Part shown: piece by piece, positions 1 to 9,170 of the stretch
Layout: the number at the start of each line of letters is the position of its first letter
How positions within the stretch are numbered: position 1 is the first letter of the stretch
Source: Candidatus Actinomarina sp.
Lineage (GTDB): Bacteria; Actinomycetota; Acidimicrobiia; Actinomarinales; Actinomarinaceae
Assembly (NCBI GenBank): GCA_038142145.1
Contig: JAYQJM010000005.1
Location: forward strand, 515,816-579,815
Reading direction: 5' to 3'
DNA length: 64,000 nucleotides
Made by a program: the position numbers and the translations under genes
Notes under the pieces: generated by a model
Seen by the model: the letters and a program-made list of their open reading frames with translations, nothing else
Database searches by the model: none
What the model was told of the DNA's origin: nothing

Positions 1-54
1 AAACATGTGAAAGTTCGTTTTTTGAAATTTCTAAATAATATCTTCCGCACATAC

Positions 55-729
55 TTATAACTTTAATACATCCAAGCTTATGGTTGAGTTGCCTTGGTGT
101 GTATCATGCTGATCTTTAAATATAATATGTACATTTTGTTTACCTATTATCTCTATTTCATTCTCTGTTAAAACAAAGTAGGTATCTTTTTCTAAACAAA
201 TGAGCTTATACTTTCCTCTGTTTAGCAACTTAACTGTATTTGTTACCCATGAATAGAATGATTCACCATAATGAGGAATAATTAATGAATTTTCTATTAG
301 GCCTAGTCCAGTTCCTTTTATCATCTTCTCCCCCATAATCATTGCTCCAGCACTACAACCTGCAAGAATTCCATTCTCTTTGTGGATTGTTCGTATTAGT
401 TCGTGAAAAGAAGTATTAACAATTTGGCTATACAAATAGTTTGGGCTTCCGCCTGAAAAATATATAAAGTTTGCTTTCTCAACTTCTTGCAATACTTCAG
501 AAGAGTTTAATGCTTTACTATCTAATGCTTGAAAGTCTTTATGTCTTACACCAAGTTTTGAAAAATGTTCATTTGCTAAATCACTCCAGTAATCAATTCT
601 GCTTGAACTCTCTTGACCTGCAGCTGTTGGGAAAGTTAGAACGTATGGGTCTTTTAACTTATTTAACAACTCAGCGTCAACTATTCGAATGGAATCTAAA
701 TACTCGCCTGAACCGGTTATTGAAATCAT
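55..729 (-). CDS. Peptidase S51 family protein (cyanophycinase/dipeptidase E-like)
   Basis: ORF 55..801 trimmed to the internal ATG at 729 (MISITGSGEY...) because the upstream residues overlap tRNA-Cys. Motifs FSGGSPNYL and nucleophile elbow AGCSAGAMIMG are typical of S51 serine peptidases. Confidence 0.6.
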   Translation of the reverse strand: MISITGSGEYLDSIRIVDAELLNKLKDPYVLTFPTAAGQESSSRIDYWSDLANEHFSKLGVRHKDFQALDSKALNSSEVLQEVEKANFIYFSGGSPNYLYSQIVNTSFHELIRTIHKENGILAGCSAGAMIMGEKMIKGTGLGLIENSLIIPHYGESFYSWVTNTVKLLNRGKYKLICLEKDTYFVLTENEIEIIGKQNVHIIFKDQHDTHQGNSTISLDVLKL

Positions 730-733
730 AGTT

Positions 734-807
734 TGGAGGCGACGACCGGAATCGAACCGGTGTACAAGGTTTTGCAGACCTCTGCGTAGCCACTCCGCCA
801 CGTCGCC
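734..807 (-). tRNA. tRNA-Cys (anticodon GCA), CCA encoded
   Basis: Reverse complement reads GGCGACG-TG-GCGGAGTGGCTACGCA-G-AGGT.. with anticodon stem GAGGT/ACCTT and loop CTGCAAA. T arm is ACCGG-TTCGATT-CCGGT, 3' acceptor CGTCGCC, then T-CCA. Confidence 0.9.
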
Positions 808-812
808 GTTAG

Positions 813-886
813 AGCGGTAGAAGGGATTCGAACCCTCGACCTTCTCGTTGGCAACGAGACGCTCTAGCCAGCTGAGCTACTACCGC
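813..886 (-). tRNA. tRNA-Gly (anticodon GCC), no encoded CCA
   Basis: Reverse complement reads GCGGTAG-TA-GCTCAGCTGGCTAGAGC-G-TCTCG-TTGCCAA-CGAGA-AGGTC-GAGGG-TTCGAAT-CCCTT-CTACCGC-T, a full cloverleaf. Confidence 0.9.
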
Positions 887-923
887 ATAGGTTATATATT
901 ACTAAAACTAGTGATTAAATAAA

Positions 924-1367
924 TTAATTTTTACCTGTTGATCCAAATCCACCAGTAGATCTATCTGATGTGTCATGATCGTCAACTTGTTGGAAATTTA
1001 TTGTTTGTGTATTAATGGCTACAAGTTGAGCAATTCTCTCATTGCACTCCACAGTGTAGTCCATGTTTGAATAGTTCATTAAAGGTACCATTAACTCTCC
1101 TGTATATCCTGGGTCAATTAAACCAGGTGAGTTAATTGGTGCAATTAAATGTTTACTTGATAGTCCTGATCTTGGAAGGACAAAGCCTCCTGTATTATTA
1201 GGTAATTCAATTGATATACCAAGGTGCACCATAGTTACAGATTGAGCTTTTAATAAGTATTCATAATCAGAAAAAAGATCATAACCAATATCTTTCTCAT
1301 GTTTTTTAACTGGAACTTTTGCATTTTCATTTAAAAGCTTTATTTTGATATTTATAGTATTGTTCAA
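924..1367 (-). CDS. dut: dUTP diphosphatase
   Basis: 147 aa with dUTPase motifs GYDLFS, RSGLSSKH, IDPGYTGEL, RIAQLV and a C-terminal RSTGGFGSTG. Confidence 0.95.
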   Translation of the reverse strand: MNNTINIKIKLLNENAKVPVKKHEKDIGYDLFSDYEYLLKAQSVTMVHLGISIELPNNTGGFVLPRSGLSSKHLIAPINSPGLIDPGYTGELMVPLMNYSNMDYTVECNERIAQLVAINTQTINFQQVDDHDTSDRSTGGFGSTGKN

Positions 1368-1380
1368 AGGTAACCTTTCA

Positions 1381-2436
1381 ATGATGAATATTATAGATAT
1401 TTTTAACAGAAGAAATAAAACAAATAATAAAATTAAATTACTGGATCTACTTGGTTTTGAGACAGATATAACAATAGAAACATCTACTTATCAACAAAAA
1501 GAGAGTGAAATTACTTTTGAAGAAGAAGTTACATTCGAAACTTTGGTTGACGTTGAAGCTCCCCAAGTAAAACAAAAGCGTTTTGAAACAACTAATGATG
1601 ACTTTCTATTTTCAGATAAATTAGACACGACTCCAACAGATACCTTCAATCCTTTGAACATAACACAACAGATTCAAAAAGTTTGGACAGATCTTGAAAC
1701 AAGAAGAAAATGGTTATTTCCAACACTTATGGCAGCAATATTTATGACTTCAGTGTTTTTAGGAATAAATACATACTCAAATTACCAAACCGAACAGGTA
1801 ATAATAGAAGAAGAAACAAATACTATAACTTCAAATTCAAATAATTTAATTGAATTACTTCCTACACTTATTGAAATATCTACGAATACTTTTTATTCAA
1901 AATACGATGTTTCTAATGCAAGTGCTAATTTGCAACAAATTGAATCTTCTTTAATAGAATATAGAACTAATTTATCTACCAGAGACGACATTAATTTTGA
2001 TGAAGTTAACAACAATTTGAATGGTATTTTTCAACTTGTAAATGAACTTGATTTAGTGATTTCGTATAGAATACTGAACTCAGAAGTATTAATTTACAAC
2101 GAACTACCTATCAAAGAAGAAGATGTAGATATTAACGCAATTACATTGGAGCTATCAAACATAGTAGCTACAAGTAAAGTTAATTATGACCAACTCCCAG
2201 ACTTAGAGGAGTTCAATAATCATAAAAATTTAGTAAATATTGCCATTTCTACTGCAGAAGACCTCCATGGTAGATACCTAGGTGCATTAAGAAATAATGA
2301 ATATGATGTTGCTGCCTCAATTGCAACTGCAATTTACTTAAATAAAGATACAGAACTAGATGCTTTTAAAAAATCTTTAAGTGAATTTAATGAAAATGCC
2401 TTATTAATTTACGATAATTTTTCAGATTTACCATAA
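1381..2436 (+). CDS. Hypothetical single-pass membrane protein
   Basis: ORF 1345..2436, with the start moved to ATGATG at 1381 to avoid overlapping the dut start. One hydrophobic helix (WLFPTLMAAIFMTSVFLGINTY). No motif I recognise. Confidence 0.5.
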   Translation: MMNIIDIFNRRNKTNNKIKLLDLLGFETDITIETSTYQQKESEITFEEEVTFETLVDVEAPQVKQKRFETTNDDFLFSDKLDTTPTDTFNPLNITQQIQKVWTDLETRRKWLFPTLMAAIFMTSVFLGINTYSNYQTEQVIIEEETNTITSNSNNLIELLPTLIEISTNTFYSKYDVSNASANLQQIESSLIEYRTNLSTRDDINFDEVNNNLNGIFQLVNELDLVISYRILNSEVLIYNELPIKEEDVDINAITLELSNIVATSKVNYDQLPDLEEFNNHKNLVNIAISTAEDLHGRYLGALRNNEYDVAASIATAIYLNKDTELDAFKKSLSEFNENALLIYDNFSDLP

Positions 2437-2873
2437 GTAAATTCATCAACTTCTTTTTGAAAGTCACTTGCATCAGAAAACTCTTTATACACAGACGCAA
2501 ACCTTAAATAAGCTACCTCATTCGCCTCTTTAAGGTGGTTTAGTACTGTTTCACCAATAAATTCGGATTTAATTTTGTTTCCTTCAAGTTTTAAATCAGC
2601 ATGAATATTATCAACTAGATTTTTTAGTTGTTTTTCGCTTAGATCTAAGCCACCAAATGCATTTTCTACCCCTTTAAATAACTTTTCATAATCAAATGGT
2701 TGAATATTTCCGTTATTTTTTAAAACTACTTGCTCGATTTCTGCTTTTTCATAGGTAGTGAAACGTATTTCACATGAAGGACATTCTCGACGTCTTCGAA
2801 TAGATTTACCATCATTGTTTTTCCTTGAGTCAATGACGTTTGTTTCAATCTTTTCACAGTAAGGACATACCAT
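2409..2873 (-). CDS. nrdR: Transcriptional repressor NrdR
   Basis: Start at ATG 2873 gives MVCPYCEKIETNVIDSRKNNDGKSIRRRRECPSCEIRFTTYE, a zinc ribbon, followed by an ATP-cone-like region. Confidence 0.9.
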   Translation of the reverse strand: MVCPYCEKIETNVIDSRKNNDGKSIRRRRECPSCEIRFTTYEKAEIEQVVLKNNGNIQPFDYEKLFKGVENAFGGLDLSEKQLKNLVDNIHADLKLEGNKIKSEFIGETVLNHLKEANEVAYLRFASVYKEFSDASDFQKEVDEFTYGKSEKLS

Positions 2874-2928
2874 ATGTAGTATTATTTTACTATATACAAA
2901 ATGTTGTATCAAATGAAATTTATCGTTG

Positions 2929-3192
2929 TTAAGTATTTTTAGGTATTAATAAAATATCATCAACATTTAATTTAGAATTGCTTATTTTATTTATCATTTT
3001 TACTTCGTATAAAAACTTTTCATAGTTCTCTATATTGAGTTTCTTCCCTATTTTCCATAAAGTATCACCCCTTTCAACTTTATATTCAACAAGTTGATCA
3101 ATTTCAGACTCAACAAATGGTTCTTTTGCAATATCTATCATTAAAAAACTAAAAATATAAACCAGAAATACAAAAATTACTTTAACTTTCAT
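2929..3192 (-). CDS. Membrane-anchored LysM domain protein (ChiZ/Rv2719c-like position)
   Basis: N-terminal TM helix plus a LysM motif (YKVERGDTLWKIGKKL...LNVDDILLIP). It is divergent from lexA and shares the SOS-box intergenic region, as in the mycobacterial nrdR-Rv2719c-lexA arrangement. Confidence 0.7.
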   Translation of the reverse strand: MKVKVIFVFLVYIFSFLMIDIAKEPFVESEIDQLVEYKVERGDTLWKIGKKLNIENYEKFLYEVKMINKISNSKLNVDDILLIPKNT

Positions 3193-3229
3193 AATCTAAA
3201 TATAGAAATGAGGTGTGACAAAATTTAAT

Positions 3230-3245
3230 TCGAACATTTGTTCTA
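3230..3245. promoter_or_regulatory. LexA operator (SOS box) in the lexA/LysM divergent promoter region
   Basis: TCGAACATTTGTTCTA matches the actinobacterial consensus TCGAAC-N4-GTTCGA at 15 of the 16 positions, counting the spacer. It lies just upstream of the lexA -10 element. Confidence 0.7.
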
Positions 3246-3250
3246 ATTTG

Positions 3251-3259
3251 TGTTATAAT
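3251..3259 (+). promoter_or_regulatory. Extended -10 promoter element of lexA (TGTTATAAT)
   Basis: A perfect TATAAT at 3254..3259 is preceded by TGT. The lexA ATG (3266) lies 7 nt downstream, so the transcript would be leaderless or nearly so. Confidence 0.5.
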
Positions 3260-3265
3260 CATCCT

Positions 3266-3850
3266 ATGAAAAAACAACTGGAAATACTTAATTTCATTAA
3301 TCAAAAAATTGAAAAAGAAGGATATTCACCTTCAGTAAGAGAAATTGCGTCTGCTGTAGGGTTAAAATCTACAAGTTCAGTTCAACATCATATCAATAAT
3401 CTCGTTTCTAAAGGACTGTTAAACAAAAAACCTAACATTTCAAGATCATTTGTAAAGAATTCTCCAATAAATAATGTAAAATTAGTCCCAATAATTGGTG
3501 CAATATCAGCAGGTACACCATTAATGGCTGAAGAAAATCACATTGGAACAATTCCAATTCCAGAAGAAAAATTTAATAAGAATTTATTTGCTTTAAGAGT
3601 TTCTGGAGATTCTATGATAGATGCAGGCATTTTTAATGGAGATACAGTAGTAATTAATAAAGACATTGAACCTAAAGATGGTGATATTGGAGCTTTTATG
3701 GTTAATGAAAATGAAGCAACAATAAAATTTCTAGACACAATATCCGGTAAAAAATATTTAATACCAGCAAATAAAAATTATGAAAATATTCTTGTCAATG
3801 ACTTTATACAACCTGTTGGTAAAGTTGTCAGTTTATTTAGAGATATTTAA
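3266..3850 (+). CDS. lexA: LexA repressor
   Basis: Start at ATG 3266 (MKKQLEILNFINQKIEKEGYSPSVREIASAVGLKSTSSVQHHINNL, a wHTH). Ala-Gly cleavage site (ISAGTPL), catalytic VSGDSM and Lys (ATIKFL). Confidence 0.9.
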   Translation: MKKQLEILNFINQKIEKEGYSPSVREIASAVGLKSTSSVQHHINNLVSKGLLNKKPNISRSFVKNSPINNVKLVPIIGAISAGTPLMAEENHIGTIPIPEEKFNKNLFALRVSGDSMIDAGIFNGDTVVINKDIEPKDGDIGAFMVNENEATIKFLDTISGKKYLIPANKNYENILVNDFIQPVGKVVSLFRDI

Positions 3851-4571
3851 CATCTCCCTTAAGATATAACTTATCATTTTCAAATTTTAGATTTAAATCT
3901 CCACCTGGATACATAACAAAAGAGTTGTTTATAACCTGCTTTGTTGCATATAGGTAATTAAACAAACATAGAGCACCTGATCCACATGCATCAGTTTCGC
4001 CAACCCCTCTTTCAAAAACTCTTGATTTTATATATTTATTATCTATGACTTGATAAATTTCTAAATTAACTCCATTTTGAAAGTGTTCAGAACTTGAAAT
4101 GATTTTATGAGCATTTGATAAGTCAAAATTGTCAACATTTTCTACTTCAACTAAAAAATGTGGGTTACCAACATTGGATTTGATGCCAGATATATTTCCT
4201 ATATTTATATGATTACTATCAAAATTAGGTAATGGTGCATCTACCTCTACCTCATTTTCAGAAACTGTTGCATCAATATCCCCTACTGGTGTAATTACCT
4301 TAAAATTTGGTGTTGAAACTAAATCATTATCATAGGCATAATAAGCAGAACATCTCACACCGTTAACACATAATTCTGCTTCAGAACCATCATTATTGAA
4401 ATAATGCATTTTTATACATTGATCATTAACGGATTCAACAAAAATTACACCATCTATATCTACATCTGCATCACTAACTAATGCAATTATCTGAATTTCT
4501 GATACTGGCCCGTCATAAATACCAACCAAAAAATCATTCCCAGTTCCAGACATATAAGCAAAATTACTCAT
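3837..4571 (-). CDS. dapF: Diaminopimelate epimerase
   Basis: Motifs GNDFLV and NPHFLV, plus the two catalytic Cys contexts CVNGVRC and ETDACGSGA. Confidence 0.85.
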   Translation of the reverse strand: MSNFAYMSGTGNDFLVGIYDGPVSEIQIIALVSDADVDIDGVIFVESVNDQCIKMHYFNNDGSEAELCVNGVRCSAYYAYDNDLVSTPNFKVITPVGDIDATVSENEVEVDAPLPNFDSNHINIGNISGIKSNVGNPHFLVEVENVDNFDLSNAHKIISSSEHFQNGVNLEIYQVIDNKYIKSRVFERGVGETDACGSGALCLFNYLYATKQVINNSFVMYPGGDLNLKFENDKLYLKGDVKYL

Positions 4572-5388
4572 TTATAACTTTCATTATTTCTTCATACACT
4601 ACTTCAGAATTATCCGTCGTCAACATTTTTAGTTTGGATTCTTTTTTAAACCACGTTATTTGCTTTTTAGCCAGTCTTTTTGTTTTGATATTAATATTTT
4701 CTTCATAATCATCCGATAAATTAAGTCCTATAGCTTGTAATACAGTTTTTGATGGGTTTTGTAAATTATCAACTTCATCAAGTAGTCCATTATTTATCAT
4801 GTTATTAGTTCTCTTTTCAATATTTATTTTGTAATCGGGATGATTCCAGAAAACTCCAACGTAATTATCTGGAATGCATAATTCAGGAAATACATATTTT
4901 GACTCTTCCAATATAAAATCTTCTATATTTCTAATTAAACGTCTTTTATTTAACTCAACATTTGGAAGTGGAATTTTGTTAAGCTCATGAAATAATTTCA
5001 ACTGATCAAAATTTAACTGCTCTAATTCTGATCGAATTGTAGGATCAGTAGGCTTAAATTCGTATCTGTCAAGCATGGCTTTAACGTAAAGACCAGAACC
5101 TCCAACAGCTAATATATCTTCATTAAAAGACTTTTCAGGAATATTTTGTTCAATTAAATAATTTAAATAATCAACGACGGAAAAATTTTGATCAGGATTA
5201 GCAATGTCGATTCCGTAGTACTTAACTTGTGCCTGCATGACTTGAGATGGTTTTGCAGTTAAAATATCCAAACCCTTATAAACAGCCATAGAGTCAACAG
5301 AAAGAATAGACATACCTCGTTCGATAGCGATCTTATGTGCAAGATTTGATTTACCTGATGCCGTAATTCCTGTAAGAAAATATATCAA
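4564..5388 (-). CDS. miaA: tRNA dimethylallyltransferase
   Basis: P-loop GITASGKSNLA and SVDSMAVYKGLDILTAKP. It overlaps miaB in an operon-like arrangement. Confidence 0.9.
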   Translation of the reverse strand: MIYFLTGITASGKSNLAHKIAIERGMSILSVDSMAVYKGLDILTAKPSQVMQAQVKYYGIDIANPDQNFSVVDYLNYLIEQNIPEKSFNEDILAVGGSGLYVKAMLDRYEFKPTDPTIRSELEQLNFDQLKLFHELNKIPLPNVELNKRRLIRNIEDFILEESKYVFPELCIPDNYVGVFWNHPDYKINIEKRTNNMINNGLLDEVDNLQNPSKTVLQAIGLNLSDDYEENINIKTKRLAKKQITWFKKESKLKMLTTDNSEVVYEEIMKVINE

Positions 5389-6638
5389 TTAATAATTTCA
5401 GCTTTCAAATAAAAAGGAGTTGCTTCTTTGATTTCAACATTTATATAATCTCCAACAGCTAGATTATCCTTATCTAGATGTGTAATGTGACCTCCATCTA
5501 TTTTTCCAGTAAATATCTCACTATTCTTTTTTGAAGTTTTCTCGACAAGGACTTTCTGCTTTGTGCCAATAAATCGTTTAAATCTTTTATGGCTAATATC
5601 AGTTTGTATTTCTTTTAATCTATTAAACCTATCAGTAATAATTTCTTTTTCTATGAAATCATCTTTCATATCGTAAGCTCTTGTTCCTGGTCTAGGTGAA
5701 AATTGAAACATAAATATAGAGTCAAATTCTGATGTCATTAAAACTTCTAATGTTTCTATAAAATCATTTTCTGTTTCACCTGGAAAACCAACAATTACAT
5801 CTGATGTTAAACTGACGTTATCTACTGTATTTTTTACTAAGTCAATTTTTTCAAGAAATTTTTCTTTTGTATAACCTCTTTGCATTTTAGACAATACTTT
5901 ACTACTTCCGCTTTGAAGTGGTACATGAACTTGTTTACAAACTTTTTCTAAATCATTAACAGCTTCTAATGTTTCTTTTTTGAAATCTTTAGGGTGAGGT
6001 GAAGTAAACCTAATTCTTTCTAAGCCATCAAGTTCATTTAGCTTATAGAGCAATTGAGCAAAATATGGCCTTGCTTTATTATCTATTCTTAAATCTCTAC
6101 CATAAGAGTTAACGTTTTGACCCAATAATGTAATTTCCTTTACTCCGCTATCTATCATAGATTTTGCTTCATTAATAATATCTGAAGGCCTTCTGCTTAT
6201 TTCAGCACCTCTTACAGAAGGAACTATGCAAAATGTACAAGAATTGTTACAACCAATTTGAATTGTAAGCCATGCTGAAAACTCAGACTCTCTTATTGAA
6301 GGTGCTTCGGTAGGCATTTCATCTATTTCATTGATTATTTCAGTTACAGGACCCCAATCCTCACTTTGATTAAGTAGATTAATTACATTTGTTAAATTAT
6401 GAGTACCCAAAACTACATCTACCCAAGGTGCTTTATCTCTTACTAATGATTTGTCTTTTTGAGCAGCACATCCGCCAACTAACAGTTTTCTATTTTCTTT
6501 TTTTAACTTCCACTGTTTTAACTGCCCTAACGTACCGTATAATTTATCATCAGCATTTTCTCGAATAGTACATGTATTAACAAACAATACATCAGCAGTG
6601 TCCTCATCTAGTTGCTCGAACCATTCCATCTTGTTCAA
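5385..6638 (-). CDS. miaB: tRNA-2-methylthio-N6-dimethylallyladenosine synthase MiaB, main ORF (lacks its true N-terminus)
   Basis: Radical-SAM motif CNNSCTFC, an MTTase N-domain remnant ([20 protein letters not shown]) and a C-terminal TRAM-like region. The first conserved GCQMN Cys motif is encoded upstream in another frame. Confidence 0.9.
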   Translation of the reverse strand: MNKMEWFEQLDEDTADVLFVNTCTIRENADDKLYGTLGQLKQWKLKKENRKLLVGGCAAQKDKSLVRDKAPWVDVVLGTHNLTNVINLLNQSEDWGPVTEIINEIDEMPTEAPSIRESEFSAWLTIQIGCNNSCTFCIVPSVRGAEISRRPSDIINEAKSMIDSGVKEITLLGQNVNSYGRDLRIDNKARPYFAQLLYKLNELDGLERIRFTSPHPKDFKKETLEAVNDLEKVCKQVHVPLQSGSSKVLSKMQRGYTKEKFLEKIDLVKNTVDNVSLTSDVIVGFPGETENDFIETLEVLMTSEFDSIFMFQFSPRPGTRAYDMKDDFIEKEIITDRFNRLKEIQTDISHKRFKRFIGTKQKVLVEKTSKKNSEIFTGKIDGGHITHLDKDNLAVGDYINVEIKEATPFYLKAEIIN

Positions 6639-6765
6639 ATAGTCCAGCTATTCTTTCACTGTCATGTTCGTTCATTTGACAGCCAAAAGTTTTAAGATGA
6701 TATTTTAAACCAGATCTAGAAGGCTTTGTTATATACTTTTGTTTAATCTCAACAGTTTGTTCCAC
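6604..6765 (-). CDS. miaB: miaB 5' fragment in a different frame (frame-shifted N-terminus)
   Basis: GTG at 6765 opens [53 protein letters not shown], the canonical MiaB N-terminus. It stops at TGA 6604..6606 inside the start of the main ORF. Confidence 0.7.
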   Translation of the reverse strand: MEQTVEIKQKYITKPSRSGLKYHLKTFGCQMNEHDSERIAGLFEQDGMVRATR

Positions 6766-6805
6766 ATTAAGATTATAAAAAGCTTTTTAAGTAAATAAAC
6801 GTGAT

Positions 6806-7849
6806 TTATTTATCTGAAGGTTCTTCTTCTTGTACTTCTTCCTCAGGAACTTCTTCAGATTCAATTAATCCTACTGCTTTGTAAACATCTGTTTCAAGCT
6901 GTAAAGCGGTATCAGGATTTTCACGAAGAAAGCGTTTTGAATTTTCTTTACCTTGTCCAAGTTGTACCTCATCATAAGTAAACCAAGCACCAGCTTTTCG
7001 AACTATTCCCTGTTCTACACCTACATCAAGTAAGCTTCCTTCTCTAGAAATTCCATGACCAAACATTATGTCAAATTCAGCCTCTCTAAATGGTGGTGCT
7101 ACTTTATTTTTAACTATTTTTGCTCTGACTCTATTACCAATCTGCTCTGGACCAACTTTAAGTGTTTCAATTCTTCTCACATCTATTCTTACAGAGGAAT
7201 AGAATTTTAGTGCTCTACCTCCACTTGTAGTCTCAGGAGATCCCCACATAACACCGATTTTTTCTCTTATTTGATTTATAAAAATTACCGTTGTGTTTGT
7301 TTTATGCAATGATCCTGTAAGTTTTCTTAATGCTTGAGACATGAGTCGCGCCTGTAATCCAACGTGTGTATCACCCATTTCACCTTCTATCTCAGCTTTT
7401 GGCACTAACGCTGCTACCGAATCAATAACAACTAAATCAATTCCCCCAGACTGAATAAGCATATCAGCAATTTCAAGTGCTTGTTCGCCTGTATCGGGTT
7501 GAGAAACGAGTAGCTCATCCACATCAACACCTAATGCTCTTGCGTAAATTGGATCCAAAGCATGCTCTGCATCAATGAATGCTGCAACTCCTCCAGCTTT
7601 TTGAGCTTCAGCAGCAATATGTAATGATAAAGTAGTTTTACCTGAACTCTCAGGACCATAAATTTCAACAACTCTTCCTCTTGGAATACCACCTATACCT
7701 AAAGCAAGATCAATAGACAATGCTCCTGTAGATATTGCTGGAATTTTCTTAATTTGGTCAGCACCTAGTTTCATTAAAGATCCTTCACCAAATTGCTTTT
7801 CAATTTGTGAAAATACTGTATCTATTTTCTTTGCCCTGTCTTTATCCAT
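6806..7849 (-). CDS. recA: Recombinase RecA
   Basis: 347 aa with Walker [10 protein letters not shown], the full RecA core ([28 protein letters not shown]) and an acidic C-terminal tail. Confidence 0.98.
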   Translation of the reverse strand: MDKDRAKKIDTVFSQIEKQFGEGSLMKLGADQIKKIPAISTGALSIDLALGIGGIPRGRVVEIYGPESSGKTTLSLHIAAEAQKAGGVAAFIDAEHALDPIYARALGVDVDELLVSQPDTGEQALEIADMLIQSGGIDLVVIDSVAALVPKAEIEGEMGDTHVGLQARLMSQALRKLTGSLHKTNTTVIFINQIREKIGVMWGSPETTSGGRALKFYSSVRIDVRRIETLKVGPEQIGNRVRAKIVKNKVAPPFREAEFDIMFGHGISREGSLLDVGVEQGIVRKAGAWFTYDEVQLGQGKENSKRFLRENPDTALQLETDVYKAVGLIESEEVPEEEVQEEEPSDK

Positions 7850-7914
7850 TGTTTTCTCCTATCAATTTAGATTAATTAAATACTATTAAAACATCTCTAT
7901 ATGACATATTTTAA

Positions 7915-7930
7915 TCGAACATCTGTTCGA
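7915..7930. promoter_or_regulatory. LexA operator (SOS box) upstream of recA
   Basis: TCGAACATCTGTTCGA is a perfect TCGAAC-N4-GTTCGA palindrome, 66-81 nt upstream of the recA start, between the cinA stop and recA. Confidence 0.8.
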
Positions 7931-7935
7931 GTCAA

Positions 7936-9129
7936 TTATTTAACAAAATTTATTAAATCCCAAACTATATTGTTTACTGATCTCGCAAGAATATCTTCCC
8001 TATTTCCACGCAGTCTATGCTGAGTGTTTTGGGTATTAGTGTTTGAAGTTATTGAAATAAAGATTTCTCCAATTGCATAATTACTTGAAGGAACTGGTCC
8101 AGCTTCTCCAAGAATTGTAACTGCGATATCTGTTCCATATTTTTCTAATGACTTTTTAGAGAGCTCTTCAGATAAGACTATCCAATCATCAGAAATTTCA
8201 GTATCTAAAAATTCCTCTTTTGCTTTTGTAGTATAAAGCGTGTTTCCAGCAATTAGCACTTTACTAGCACCTGGAAATTTAACCAGTTCTGCAGTGAAAC
8301 TCCCACCAGTAATACTTTCAACAACTGAAATTGTTAATTTTTTTTCATTTAATGTATTAAAAAGAACATTTGGTGCTGATATGTTTTCATAAGCAAGTAT
8401 GTCCTCTGAAAATTCACTTTTAACGTTATTAATAAAATTACTCAACTCATCGTTAGTAACTGAATTTTTATCGTAACGCAATTTTATAATTCCCTTACTA
8501 GCGAGATATGCAAGGTCTAAAGATTCAGGTTTAAATTTATTAATACTTTGAGCTAGTGAAGACTCTGGTTGGTTAAAGAAAGTAATAAACGAATAATCTT
8601 TTTCAGATGATGTAAATTTATCTTTTAATCTAGGAATAACTTCATCTTTTATTAGTGGAATAAATTCTCTTGGTGGCCCAGGTAAAATAAAAACTAATTT
8701 GTTTTGAACTTCTATCAAAATTCCAGGTGCAGTTCCCATTGTATTATTTAATTTTGTTGCACCATTTGGAATTTCTGCCTGTTTAATATTTATTTCTGGC
8801 ATTGATAAGCCTCTAGACTCCCAACGTGATTTCATCCATTCAACATGATCTTGATCAACTACTAGATCTAATTCCAATGCTTCGCAAATAACTTCTTTTG
8901 TAAAGTCATCTTCTGTTGGTCCGATTCCTCCACAAGTAATTACAACATCATTATTAGACAATAATGACATAAATTTTTCATTAATAGAATTTCGATCGTC
9001 TGAAACTGTGACTTCTGAATCTAATAAAAAGCCGTCCTCATATAATATTTTTCCTAGAGATGATAAGTTTGTATTTACTGTATCGCCTAAAAGAATTTCG
9101 GTACCAACGCTCAATAATGAAATATTCAC
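7936..9129 (-). CDS. cinA: Competence/damage-inducible protein CinA (MoCF-like + PncC-type NMN deamidase domains)
   Basis: N-terminal LLSVGTEILLGDTVNTN and GGIGPTEDD, then a C-terminal CinA domain (ESITGG, ILGEAGP). It lies immediately upstream of recA. Confidence 0.85.
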   Translation of the reverse strand: MNISLLSVGTEILLGDTVNTNLSSLGKILYEDGFLLDSEVTVSDDRNSINEKFMSLLSNNDVVITCGGIGPTEDDFTKEVICEALELDLVVDQDHVEWMKSRWESRGLSMPEINIKQAEIPNGATKLNNTMGTAPGILIEVQNKLVFILPGPPREFIPLIKDEVIPRLKDKFTSSEKDYSFITFFNQPESSLAQSINKFKPESLDLAYLASKGIIKLRYDKNSVTNDELSNFINNVKSEFSEDILAYENISAPNVLFNTLNEKKLTISVVESITGGSFTAELVKFPGASKVLIAGNTLYTTKAKEEFLDTEISDDWIVLSEELSKKSLEKYGTDIAVTILGEAGPVPSSNYAIGEIFISITSNTNTQNTQHRLRGNREDILARSVNNIVWDLINFVK

Positions 9130-9170
9130 AGTTTCAGTTTATCAAGGTTAAAAATCAATAATATTAAACT

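Noticed and set aside
730-801. N-terminal 24 codons of the track ORF 55..801 (MAEWLRRGLQNLVHRFDSGRRLQT).
   Set aside because: This stretch is the reverse complement of tRNA-Cys (734..807). The protein motif content begins at the internal ATG at 729, so the extension is an artefact of longest-ORF calling.
6777-6788. The palindrome AAAAAGCTTTTT between recA and miaB as a recA terminator.
   Set aside because: It is a 12-nt A/T palindrome around a central GC with no room for a loop. At best it forms a 4-bp A-U stem, which is too weak to call a terminator.
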